This document shows, piece after piece, positions 1 to 9,394 of a DNA stretch of 32,000 bases. Both the position numbers and the translations under genes were made by a program. The stretch is from NCBI RefSeq assembly GCF_000010065.1, contig NC_006576.1, positions 2,520,001 through 2,552,000 of the forward strand, in the 5' to 3' direction. The notes under the pieces were generated by a model. The model worked only from the letters and a program-made list of their open reading frames with translations, ran no database searches and was not told the DNA's origin. Every line of letters starts with the position of its first letter. Within the stretch, counting starts at the first letter, position 1. Origin of the DNA: Synechococcus elongatus PCC 6301. GTDB lineage: Bacteria > Cyanobacteriota > Cyanobacteriia > Synechococcales > Synechococcaceae.

Positions 1-17
1 TCTCGAGTGAGATTGAC

Positions 18-1568
18 CTAAAGAACCCCAATCTCTTTGAGCAGTTTTTTCTGCTGGCTAGCAGCCACCAAAGCATGAGCGGCTAGCGCGCCGCTGGTGG
101 CTACTGGCGGCACTCCAATACCCGGAAAAACGCTGGCGCCGCAGAGCAACAAATTGGGGATGGGGGTTTGACAACCGGGGAATAGGCCTTGGTCGGCCCC
201 GATCGCGGGCCCATAGCTGCCTTGAAACGTGTTGAGATAGTGAGCCTGAGTGCGGGGTGTCCCTTCCAGGGAAATGACGGCGCGATCGCGGACATCTGGA
301 ATCAACTGTTCCAGTACATCCCAAAAGATCTGGCAGCGATCGCGTTTTTGCGCTTCATAGGCAGCACTACCCGGCTCCAAATCCTTCCACAATGCCCAGG
401 GCTCATTGGCTGGGGTATATCCGTGCAGGACTTGATGGCCTGTGGGCGCAAGGTCAGGTTGCAAGAGCGACGGCATGGAGAGCACCACCATGTTGCGATC
501 GGCTGTGATGCCTCGCTGCCAATCCCCTACCCAAACATGGTGTAGAGGCAGATGCTGAAGGTCATCGCCGCGAAGCCCCAAATGGAGATGCAAAAATCCG
601 TGGCAAGCCGGAGTTTGTTGCCGCTGCTGCCGCCAACGAGTCGGTAGACTCTTCTCCGGTAGCAGATTTAGGGTGTCCCAAATGCTGGCGTTGCTGACCA
701 CGGCTCGCCGGGCATGAATCACCTGGTCATCAGCACAGCGCACGCCCCGGGCGCGATCGCCCTCCACCAAAATTTCTGTGACGCGGCTACGCACTTGCAA
801 ATTGCCACCGTGTTTTCTGAGGCCACGCACAAGAGCTTCGGCGATCGCTGCACTGCCGCCAACGGGATATTCCAAGCAGGCATCGGGTTCAAACCACTCA
901 CCGAACAGCGTTACCATCGCCGCTGCACTGGTTTGATCGGCGGGCAGGCCACTGATCAAAAAGCACAGCAACTCCACCCAGTTGAGCAGGAAGGGATCGC
1001 GGAGGTGCCGGCGAGCGATCGGGCCAAAGGCACCTCCCAAAGCGGCCATTCGTCCCAAATGGGGCAGCAATTTACCCGCACTGCCAGCCAAGGTGTTGAT
1101 CAAACTCAGCCCCGGACGGAGCGCCAACAAAGGCAGAGCATTGGCCGCTGCACTGTAGGGAGCCAGCCACGTCATAAAGTCCTGCCATTCTTGAGCAGCT
1201 GCAGGCCCTCGCAAGGCCGTGACTGTTTTGAGGAAATCTGCGTTACCAACCCCGATCTGAAACGTGCCTTCTGGGAGTAACACGCCCCACTCTCGATAGG
1301 TCAAAACTGGCACCTCTTCGCCGATCGCCCGCAGCACCTGCGCTAGCGGGTTGGTGCTGGGCCAGCGGCTTAGTCCTGACCAAAGTGAAGGCCCTGATTC
1401 AAAGTGAAAGCCGCGTCGCTCGAAGCCATGGGCTGCGCCCCCGGGACGATCGTGGGCTTTTAGAACAAGTACTTCTAATCCATAGCGGGCTGCCAACGCT
1501 CCGCAACAGAGCCCCCCCAGCCCACTGCCAATCACAATCAGGTCAACAGATTCACGGGACGACGACAT
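18..1568 (-). CDS. FAD-dependent oxidoreductase, phytoene desaturase/carotenoid isomerase (CrtI/CrtISO, COG1233-like) family
   Basis: ORF 18..1601. It has an N-terminal Rossmann dinucleotide motif (DLIVIGSGLGGLCCGALAARYG) and a C-terminal GASVFPGIGVPPVATSG segment typical of this family. The codon at 1601 is TTG. The first ATG at 1568 (MSSSRESVDLIVIGSG) places GxGxxG at the usual distance, so I use it. Confidence 0.8.
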   Translation of the reverse strand: MSSSRESVDLIVIGSGLGGLCCGALAARYGLEVLVLKAHDRPGGAAHGFERRGFHFESGPSLWSGLSRWPSTNPLAQVLRAIGEEVPVLTYREWGVLLPEGTFQIGVGNADFLKTVTALRGPAAAQEWQDFMTWLAPYSAAANALPLLALRPGLSLINTLAGSAGKLLPHLGRMAALGGAFGPIARRHLRDPFLLNWVELLCFLISGLPADQTSAAAMVTLFGEWFEPDACLEYPVGGSAAIAEALVRGLRKHGGNLQVRSRVTEILVEGDRARGVRCADDQVIHARRAVVSNASIWDTLNLLPEKSLPTRWRQQRQQTPACHGFLHLHLGLRGDDLQHLPLHHVWVGDWQRGITADRNMVVLSMPSLLQPDLAPTGHQVLHGYTPANEPWALWKDLEPGSAAYEAQKRDRCQIFWDVLEQLIPDVRDRAVISLEGTPRTQAHYLNTFQGSYGPAIGADQGLFPGCQTPIPNLLLCGASVFPGIGVPPVATSGALAAHALVAASQQKKLLKEIGVL

Positions 1569-1821
1569 GAGGTGTCTCGGCAAGGACTGAGGCGATCGCA
1601 AAACCCGTTCCAGTCAATCACTGTCGAGCTGTTGTCGATCACTGCTTAATCTAGGCGATTCCCACTGGCAGCGGCCGAATGCCCCTAGCCAAACAGGATG
1701 ACTTGGCGCTCGGAGGCTGAAGCTAGCAATCGCTCTTTTGTCAAGTTTCGGCGGGGACATTGCTCTTGCAGGCACCACCCTAGACTTAATTACTTAATCT
1801 CTATCGGCTTAGAGTGTTTTC

Positions 1822-2907
1822 ATGGCCTTCCGTTCCTTCCTCCCGCTTCGGCCCGGTATCAAGCGATCGCTTGCAGGTGGTTTGGCCGCCGCAATTGCAG
1901 CAGGTAGCTTTGCGACTACGGCTGGGGCGCGCAGTGCCCAAACCAGTGCCGCAGGGGCTACTCCTCAGCAAGTTGCTCAAGCCAAGCAGGAGCTGGTTCT
2001 TGTGTCCTATGCAGTCACCAAGGCTGCCTACGATCGCATCATTCCCAAGTTCACGGCCAAGTGGAAAAAAGAAAAAGGGCAAGACGTCACCATTCGCGGT
2101 AGTTACGGTGGGTCTGGCTCCCAAACTCGGGCCATCCTCGATGGCTTGGAAGCTGACATCGCGGCTTTGGCCCTGGAATCAGACACGGCTCGCCTAGAAC
2201 GAGCGGGGCTGATTGGCAAAAACTGGCAAAGACGACTGCCTAATAACTCCAACCTCTCCAGTTCGGTGGTAGTTATTTGTACTCGTAAAGGGAATCCCAA
2301 AAAGATCAAAGGCTGGGCTGACTTAGCGAAACCTGGGGTTCGGATCGTGACAGCCAACCCCAAAACCTCTGGTGGGGCTCGCTGGAACTTCCTCGCGCTC
2401 TACGGTTCTGTCGCTAAGAATGGGGGCACCGATAAACAAGCCTTTGACTTTGTGAAGAAAGTCTATGACAACGTCCCTGTCTTGGCTAAGGACGCTCGGG
2501 AATCCACTGATATCTTCTACAAGAAGAATCAGGGCGATGTGCTCCTGAACTACGAGAATGAAGTGATTCTGGCGCGCCTCAATGGCGAAGATGTGGGAAC
2601 CTGCATCACGCCGCAGGTCAACATTGCGATCGAAACGCCGATCGCGGTGGTCGATAAGGTCGCCAACAAACGAAAGACTAAGGCGATCGCTGATGCCTTT
2701 ACTCGCTTTGTCTTTACCCCTGAGGCGCAAGAGGAGCTCGCTAAGGTTGGTTTCCGGCCGGCTAATGCCGCTGTCGCTCAAAAATATCGCAAGAATTTCC
2801 CCCCTCTGACCAAGCTCTACAACATCAAGAGCTTTGGTGGCTGGGCTGCTGCTGACAAGAAGTTCTTTGCTGATGGCGGCGTCTTCGACCAAATCCAAGG
2901 TCGTTAA
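1822..2907 (+). CDS. Periplasmic sulfate/thiosulfate-binding protein (Sbp/CysP family), with N-terminal signal-like region
   Basis: 361-aa ORF with an ATG start. ELVLVSYAVTKAAYDRIIPKFTAKWKKEKGQDVTIRGSYGGSGSQTRAILDGLEADIAALALESD and ANPKTSGGARWNFLALYG match my memory of the Sbp/CysP family. No cysTWA permease genes are adjacent. Confidence 0.88.
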   Translation: MAFRSFLPLRPGIKRSLAGGLAAAIAAGSFATTAGARSAQTSAAGATPQQVAQAKQELVLVSYAVTKAAYDRIIPKFTAKWKKEKGQDVTIRGSYGGSGSQTRAILDGLEADIAALALESDTARLERAGLIGKNWQRRLPNNSNLSSSVVVICTRKGNPKKIKGWADLAKPGVRIVTANPKTSGGARWNFLALYGSVAKNGGTDKQAFDFVKKVYDNVPVLAKDARESTDIFYKKNQGDVLLNYENEVILARLNGEDVGTCITPQVNIAIETPIAVVDKVANKRKTKAIADAFTRFVFTPEAQEELAKVGFRPANAAVAQKYRKNFPPLTKLYNIKSFGGWAAADKKFFADGGVFDQIQGR

Positions 2908-2941
2908 CGCCCCCTAAGCTGTCCTCTCACCCCAAACGATC

Positions 2942-2976
2942 GCCTCGAGGAAGTTTGCTCCCTCGGGGCTTTTTTC
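2942..2976 (+). terminator. Rho-independent terminator downstream of the sulfate-binding protein gene
   Basis: A 9-bp stem: gcctcgagg (2942-2950) pairs with cctcggggc (2961-2969), including one G-U pair. The loop is 10 nt and is followed by tttttt (2970-2975). Confidence 0.7.
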
Positions 2977-3133
2977 AGCTTTGTCGGTTGCCGCGATTGC
3001 CAGCGAGTCGGCTAGAGATCGAGCCTTGAAGCTTGAGTCCCACTGAAGTCTGAGGCATCTGCCCTTGCCAGCAGTCGACCCAGGGATTTTCAGAATCCTT
3101 AACAATAGGGAGAGTGATCCCAAGGAGTAGCGG

Positions 3134-3838
3134 ATGGACGCGATTGACCTTGCCCAGCTTGCGAGCCAACTGGAGAGTGAGCAATCTCGCGATCGCCTGA
3201 TTGCGCTGGCTTCTCTGCGGGACGTTGAGGCTGAGGATGCTGTCCCTTTGATCAAAAAAGTATTAGCTGATGAAAGCATCCAAGTGCGATCGATGGCCGT
3301 GTTTGCGTTGGGGATCAAACAGACTGCCGAGTGCCTACCGTTGTTGCTGGAAGTTTTAGAAACCGAAGACGACTACGGCATTCGGGCGAGTGCGGCTGGT
3401 GCTTTAGGCTATCTCCAAGATGATCAGGCCCTAGAACCGCTACTGCGCGTGTTCTATGAAGACACGTCTTGGCTAGTGCGTTTTAGTGCTGCGGTAGCCC
3501 TCGGTAATCTGCAAAATCCTCGAGCTCGTGACGCTCTGATTCAGGCCTTGGATAGTGAGGAAGTCCTGCTGCACCAGGCTGCGATCGCGGCCCTCGGTGA
3601 AATTGGTGCTGTCGATGCCGTCGATCAGCTGTTGCGCTTTGTGGCTGCTGAAGACTGGCTGGTTCGTCAGCGCTTGGCAGAGGCACTGGGAAAGCTCCCC
3701 TGCGACAAGGCCTTATCAGCGCTGCGCTACCTCGTTAAAGATAGCCATCCTCAAGTTTCTGCGGCGGCAGAACAAGCCTTACAACAACTGGAAACAGGAA
3801 CAACGACTCAGCCTGAGAGTGATGACTTCCCAGGATGA
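3134..3838 (+). CDS. HEAT-repeat protein (PBS-lyase HEAT-like repeats; CpcE/NblB-like)
   Basis: 234-aa ORF with ATG preceded by aaGGAGtagcgg. It shows repeated ~30-aa units of the type xxVRxxAAxALGxL (VRSMAVFALGIK, IRASAAGALGYL, VRFSAAVALGNL, LHQAAIAALGEI, VRQRLAEALGKL). I cannot tell from sequence alone whether it is NblB itself. Confidence 0.8.
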   Translation: MDAIDLAQLASQLESEQSRDRLIALASLRDVEAEDAVPLIKKVLADESIQVRSMAVFALGIKQTAECLPLLLEVLETEDDYGIRASAAGALGYLQDDQALEPLLRVFYEDTSWLVRFSAAVALGNLQNPRARDALIQALDSEEVLLHQAAIAALGEIGAVDAVDQLLRFVAAEDWLVRQRLAEALGKLPCDKALSALRYLVKDSHPQVSAAAEQALQQLETGTTTQPESDDFPG

Positions 3839-3906
3839 AACAAATGGTGAAGAAAGTGATCCCCGCGCGTATCCTCGACTACAGTAATAGATGAAGCCAC
3901 TGGGCT

Positions 3907-4137
3907 TCAGACAACAGAAAAGATTCCACTCCGTAGTGGATCAGCTGTTAGTTGAGAGGTAACCAAACACTGTCTCACACTGCCTTCTCTCAGGATTTGG
4001 AACGATACTTGATTGCTCATCGGCTCGTCCTCCTCTAAGGTTTTGGGAGCAACTTCCGATTGAATCGGGTCTGCCTCTAAATAAACTTCAGACAGTTGAG
4101 GATAACCACCGATTTGTAGCTTGACAGAATGTTCCAA
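3907..4137 (-). CDS. Doubtful small ORF in a low-GC island (76 codons from TTG; alternative 37-aa ORF from ATG 4020)
   Basis: The track ORF starts at a TTG. The only ATG (4020..4018) is preceded by GAGGAGGA (4035..4028) with a 7-nt spacer, giving MSNQVSFQILREGSVRQCLVTSQLTADPLRSGIFSVV. I recognise no family. A 6-bp hairpin (3893-3908) overlaps the stop codon. Confidence 0.25.
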   Translation of the reverse strand: MEHSVKLQIGGYPQLSEVYLEADPIQSEVAPKTLEEDEPMSNQVSFQILREGSVRQCLVTSQLTADPLRSGIFSVV

Positions 4138-4272
4138 TCTTCATCAGAAAGACGTCTTTCCTGTATCAAGTCGAATATCCATTTCAGCGGATTCAATTCC
4201 GACATTACGACAGGTTATCTGTCTGGTTACGCAACAAGATCTTGTTCGATTTCACAGTTCAACAGAAAAAGC

Positions 4273-4333
4273 AAAAAGCGCACCCTAGGGATTGCTCGCC
4301 CAACGAGCCAAACCAAGACTGGATGCGCTTTTT
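4273..4333. terminator. Compound, bidirectional intrinsic-terminator-like structure
   Basis: A perfect 10-bp outer stem: aaaaagcgca (4273-4282) pairs with tgcgcttttt (4324-4333). It encloses an inner hairpin gctcg/cgagc (4294-4308) and the palindrome ccctaggg (4283-4290). There are T-runs 3-prime of the stem on both strands (plus: tttttgttgttg; minus: tttttgctttttctgtt). It lies 36 nt downstream of the 62-aa minus-strand ORF. Confidence 0.5.
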
Positions 4334-4368
4334 GTTGTTGACTGGAAATTCAGAGAACTCCGAAAGAC

Positions 4369-4557
4369 CTAATTCAGATTCTCATTCATGACTGGAGTGC
4401 GGCCTTTGAGGCTTTGGATTTGGCAGAGTAGGGTTTCGACTTCAGCCTGCAAGACCAAAAATTCAGTTTGATGATCGGTGCTATACAACAGCTTGAGGCG
4501 ATCAAGCGGGGTGCTGGAGGCAGCCGGAGCGGGACGTTCGAGAACTGCGTTGCTCAT
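4369..4557 (-). CDS. Small hypothetical protein (62 aa)
   Basis: ATG start. It has a promoter-like TTGCGG-17-TACTAT upstream and the compound terminator downstream. The C-terminal half looks amphipathic or coiled-coil (EFLVLQAEVETLLCQIQSLK). No family recognised. Confidence 0.5.
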   Translation of the reverse strand: MSNAVLERPAPAASSTPLDRLKLLYSTDHQTEFLVLQAEVETLLCQIQSLKGRTPVMNENLN

Positions 4558-4596
4558 TGTGCCGTGTAATGAAACTTAATGACTGAAGATTTGCGC

Positions 4597-4625
4597 ATAG
4601 TACGCACCTCTTAAGGAATCCGCAA
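4597..4625 (-). promoter_or_regulatory. Sigma70-like promoter candidate for the 62-aa ORF
   Basis: The minus strand reads TTGCGG (4625..4620), a 17-nt spacer, then TACTAT (4602..4597). The -10 element ends 39 nt before the ATG at 4557. Confidence 0.35.
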
Positions 4626-4657
4626 GGGTTGACACTTAATTTAAGATTTGCTTAAGA

Positions 4658-5098
4658 CTAGGCAGAGAGTTGAGAGTCACCGGCGTTGAATAGATCAAAA
4701 GTCTGACGGCAGAACTGTTTCAGGCGATCGCTCACGTCTTCAGCTGGCAGTTTGGGGCCCCGAATTTGCCAATCTGCGATCGTAGACAGCCGCCATTGTT
4801 CTCCAACGTGACTCAGGCCAACGGCATCAATCCCTAGTAGTCTGCGATCGCTTGCTTCTGCGGTAGGCAATAAACGAACCTGTACCAAAATGCTGCGGCT
4901 TTGGTAGCGAGGGCTCCAGCCCGGTAGGTGAAAGCCAATATCAATCGAATCAGGGTCTAGCCACTGCGCGGTCTCTGGGTCATTGCGCCAAGGTTTGAGG
5001 TCCGCCCGAGCATCAGGGAACTGCTGTTTAAACAAGTTGACCAGTGTGGCTATCTTGCTGGCCAGCTGTAGATTGGTGGCTTGTTCAGCTGCGTTCAC
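4658..5098 (-). CDS. Conserved hypothetical protein (146 aa)
   Basis: Clean ORF with native-looking composition (it contains HIP1 sites). It runs divergently from icd. No motif I can name. Confidence 0.7.
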   Translation of the reverse strand: MNAAEQATNLQLASKIATLVNLFKQQFPDARADLKPWRNDPETAQWLDPDSIDIGFHLPGWSPRYQSRSILVQVRLLPTAEASDRRLLGIDAVGLSHVGEQWRLSTIADWQIRGPKLPAEDVSDRLKQFCRQTFDLFNAGDSQLSA

Positions 5099-5253
5099 TC
5101 CCGAAGACCCTATCGAATGGGCGCAGAAGCGCGTTGGTTGTTGGGTAGACTAGCGCAATCTTTCGGGGGAATGGCATCAGCGCCTACAGGATAGGCGATC
5201 GCTCTCCCGTAGGCTGGAAATGACGTGGATGTTTCGGAGGCTGGTAGCCGTCG

Positions 5254-6681
<1,428 letters not shown>

Positions 6682-6710
6682 GCGATCGCGCGAAAGCAAA
6701 CTGGTAAGTT

Positions 6711-6743
6711 GGTGCTCAAGCGTCTTGTCTGGAGCACCTTTTT
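6711..6743 (+). terminator. Rho-independent terminator after icd, abutting the glcE ATG
   Basis: A 7-bp stem: ggtgctc (6711-6717) pairs with gagcacc (6732-6738). The loop is 14 nt, followed by ttttt (6739-6743), then c and ATG at 6745. Confidence 0.65.
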
Positions 6744-6744
6744 C

Positions 6745-8022
6745 ATGCCTGCGGCTGCCACTTTGGCCGATTGGAAGGCCGCATCAGTTCCCGACTTTTT
6801 GGCGGAGCGCAGTCGTCAAGAACTGGCGCGTTTGGGGAATCCAGGTTGGTGGGGGCCGCCTGATCTCGAAGCTTTGGCGGAACTCATGCAGCTGGCCGCT
6901 GCTGAAGGCTGGCGTATCTTGCCGGCGGGGCGTGGTACGCGTCTTGACTGGGGCGGACTCGGACACCCTGTTGATGCAGTCATCAGTACGGCTGCCTGCG
7001 ATCGCCTGATTGAACATGCCGCTGCCGACCTCACGGTGACAGTAGAAGCGGGGATGACCCTGGGACAGTTGCAGACCATCTTGGCTGAGACGGGGCAATG
7101 GCTGCCCTTTGACCCGATCGCAGGAGAGTCCTCTAGCTTGGGGGCTCTTGTCTCGACTGGGATGTCTGGTTCCCTGCGGCACCGCTACGGCAGTTTGCGC
7201 GACTTTCTGATCGGCATCACTTTCCTGCGCCACGACGGACAGTGGGCTAAGGGTGGGGGCCGTGTCGTCAAAAATGTTGCTGGCTACGACATGATGAAGC
7301 TGCTCCATGGTGCTTGGGGCAGCTTGGGATTGATTGGCAAGCTGACCTTTCGCACCTATCCCCTGCCTAATGCCTGGGGCACGATTGCTTGTCAGGGCGA
7401 TCGCGAGGCGATTTTGCAGCTGCGATCGCAATTGGTTCGCAGTGACCTCACCCCTGTCGCTTTTGATCTGTTGTCGCCCGCTGCTGCCGCAGAACTAGAG
7501 CTGCGATCGCAATGGACGGTGTTGCTGCGGTTTGGCTCGGTTGCCGCCAGTGTTCAGGAACAGCAACAGGTAGTTGAGTTGCAGGCAACGCGGTTAGGTT
7601 TGGCTGCCATGACTGTCGCTGAGCCGGTTTGGGGTCAACTCAATCAGTCGTTTGAACCGCGATCGCGCTCAGCCACTTTGATCAAGTTCGCCCTGCTACC
7701 CAGCCAGTTACCGTGCCTTCTCGCCGAACTGGAGGCGATCGCCCCCACAGCATTGGGGCGAGTTCATGCAGCGAGTGGAGCCGGCTGGCTAGTCTGGCCC
7801 GAGGCGGAGCCAACGGTCGAAACCCTGCTGCGGCTGCGGCGCCATTGTGAAGTAGCAGAAGGCTTTTTGTCAGTGCCGGCAGCCTCTGTCAGCCTCAAGC
7901 AACAGCTGGATATCTGGGGCTACCCCGGTCAGGGGCTAGCGGTGATGCGGGCGATTAAACGACAATTTGATCCACAGTCCCGGTTAGCCCCCGGACGTTT
8001 TCTGGCCGGTCTGGAGGAGTGA
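6745..8022 (+). CDS. glcE: Glycolate oxidase/dehydrogenase FAD-binding subunit GlcE
   Basis: FAD-binding PCMH-type region (ILPAGRGTRLDWGG ... VVKNVAGYDMMKLLHGAWGSLGLIGKLTFRTYPLP). The track ORF begins at TTG 6709, but that extension would contain the icd terminator. In-frame ATG 6745 (MPAAATLADW) is preferred. The stop overlaps the glcF start (GTGA, 8019-8022). Confidence 0.85.
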   Translation: MPAAATLADWKAASVPDFLAERSRQELARLGNPGWWGPPDLEALAELMQLAAAEGWRILPAGRGTRLDWGGLGHPVDAVISTAACDRLIEHAAADLTVTVEAGMTLGQLQTILAETGQWLPFDPIAGESSSLGALVSTGMSGSLRHRYGSLRDFLIGITFLRHDGQWAKGGGRVVKNVAGYDMMKLLHGAWGSLGLIGKLTFRTYPLPNAWGTIACQGDREAILQLRSQLVRSDLTPVAFDLLSPAAAAELELRSQWTVLLRFGSVAASVQEQQQVVELQATRLGLAAMTVAEPVWGQLNQSFEPRSRSATLIKFALLPSQLPCLLAELEAIAPTALGRVHAASGAGWLVWPEAEPTVETLLRLRRHCEVAEGFLSVPAASVSLKQQLDIWGYPGQGLAVMRAIKRQFDPQSRLAPGRFLAGLEE

Positions 8023-9326
8023 GCGTGGCTGAAACTGAAATCCCAATCCCAGCAGCAACGCCCAGCCTCACGGATGCCTGCGTTCACTGCGGCTTTTGCC
8101 TCTCGGACTGCCCTAGTTATCGCGTTCTAGGGCGTGAGACGGACTCACCGCGCGGTCGTGTTTACCTGATGGACAGTCTCCAGCAGGGCCGAATTGAGCT
8201 GAGCGATACCGTTGTCGAGCATTTTGATACCTGCCTCGGTTGCTTGGCCTGTACGAGTGCTTGCCCATCGGGCGTCCAGTACGACCAACTGATCGAGGAG
8301 ATGCGTCAGCGGATTGCGCAGGAGCATCGGCGACCCTGGCCTGAGGCAATTTGGCGAAAGCTCTTATTTGCGTTTTTGCCCTACCCAGAGCGACTGCGAC
8401 CAATTTTGCGCCTTGGTCAGCTTTATCAAAGTTCAGGCTTACAGAACTGGTTGAATCGCCAACCCCTGTTGCAAAAGTTTCCGCAACTCGCAGCGGCTTC
8501 GGCGCTTTTGCCACCCCTAAGCCCTGCCAGCTTTCAAGACAACTGGCCGACTCTTTTGCCTGCCTTGGGCGATCGCCGCTATCGGGTCGGTTTACTCTTG
8601 GGCTGCGTGCAGCGACTGTTTAATCCAGAAGTCAATGCTGCAGCGATCCGTGTTCTCAGAGCCAACGGCTGTGATGTGGTGATTCCACCTCAGCAAGGTT
8701 GTTGCGGAGCTGTTGCTCACCACCAGGGTGAAATGCAACAAGCGCAAGACTTGGCACGAGCGGTGATCCGTAGTTTTGAAGCAGAAAACCTCGATGCAAT
8801 TTTAGTGACTGCATCCGGTTGTGGTCATACCCTCAAGCATTACGGTGCGATTCTGGCCGACGATCCTGAGTGGTGCGATCGCGCTCAGCAACTAGCCGAT
8901 CGCGTTCAAGATGTACAGGAGTTTTTAGCGACCGTCGGGCTGACGACTCCCCTGCATCCCCTTCAAGAACAACCGTTGGTGGTCGTCTACCAAGATGCTT
9001 GCCACATGCTACATGGGCAAAAAATTCGCAATCAACCACGACAGTTATTGCAACAAATTCCGGGTATTGAGCTGCGAGAACCCGTTGATGCGCAGCTTTG
9101 CTGTGGCAGTGCTGGTATTTATAACTTGTTACAACCAGCGATCGCAGCAGAACTCGGTCAGCAAAAAGCGCGATCGCTGGCTGAAACAGGTGCGCAAATG
9201 ATTGCCTCAGCCAACATTGGCTGCTACGTTCAAATTCGGCATCATTTGCAAGCTCAAAGCAAAGATTTACCTGTTCTGCATCCCTTGCAAATAATTGATC
9301 GTGCGATGAATTTTCAAAATCACTAG
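8019..9326 (+). CDS. glcF: Glycolate oxidase/dehydrogenase iron-sulfur subunit GlcF
   Basis: Two 4Fe-4S ferredoxin-type Cys clusters (CVHCGFCLSDCP, CLGCLACTSACP), then two CCG-type Cys-rich repeats (GCCGA..., LCCGSAG). GTG start with a 4-nt overlap on glcE. Confidence 0.9.
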   Translation: MSVAETEIPIPAATPSLTDACVHCGFCLSDCPSYRVLGRETDSPRGRVYLMDSLQQGRIELSDTVVEHFDTCLGCLACTSACPSGVQYDQLIEEMRQRIAQEHRRPWPEAIWRKLLFAFLPYPERLRPILRLGQLYQSSGLQNWLNRQPLLQKFPQLAAASALLPPLSPASFQDNWPTLLPALGDRRYRVGLLLGCVQRLFNPEVNAAAIRVLRANGCDVVIPPQQGCCGAVAHHQGEMQQAQDLARAVIRSFEAENLDAILVTASGCGHTLKHYGAILADDPEWCDRAQQLADRVQDVQEFLATVGLTTPLHPLQEQPLVVVYQDACHMLHGQKIRNQPRQLLQQIPGIELREPVDAQLCCGSAGIYNLLQPAIAAELGQQKARSLAETGAQMIASANIGCYVQIRHHLQAQSKDLPVLHPLQIIDRAMNFQNH

Positions 9327-9394
9327 ACTTATTCGGCTTAAATTCGGTTTCTCCGCTAGCCTAAAGATCTAACGCTAATCGCAGACAAGCTGCA

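Noticed and set aside
714-1280. 188-aa plus-strand ORF, and similar frames at 5920-6453, 6784-7431, 19549-19995, 22423-22896, 14283-14879, 15855-16394 and 30863-31381
   Set aside because: All lie antisense to, or out of frame within, genes with clear family signatures. Their translations are low-complexity (R/P/S/A/G-rich). I treat them as shadow ORFs.
1602-1821. Short repeated words (ATCACTG twice; CTTAAT three times) in the divergent promoter region upstream of the sulfate-binding protein gene; considered as sulfur-responsive operator sites
   Set aside because: The repeats are very short and unevenly spaced, and I know no matching consensus. This is not supportable without comparative data.
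3134-3838. Naming the HEAT-repeat protein NblB (phycobilisome degradation factor)
   Set aside because: The repeat architecture fits the CpcE/NblB class. However, several paralogues exist in cyanobacteria, and I cannot discriminate them without an alignment, so the gene symbol is left empty.
4628-4633. Consensus -35 hexamer TTGACA on the plus strand
   Set aside because: No acceptable -10 follows at 16-18 nt (TTAAGA). The downstream plus-strand DNA is antisense to the 146-aa gene, so this is insufficient for a promoter call.
5099-5253. Looked for an NtcA box (GTA-N8-TAC) upstream of icd, since icd is nitrogen-regulated in some cyanobacteria
   Set aside because: Only imperfect candidates were found (GTAGACTAGCGCAA and GTAGCCGTCGATGT, the latter overlapping the start codon). 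None has the TAC half-site at N8 spacing, so there is no supportable call.
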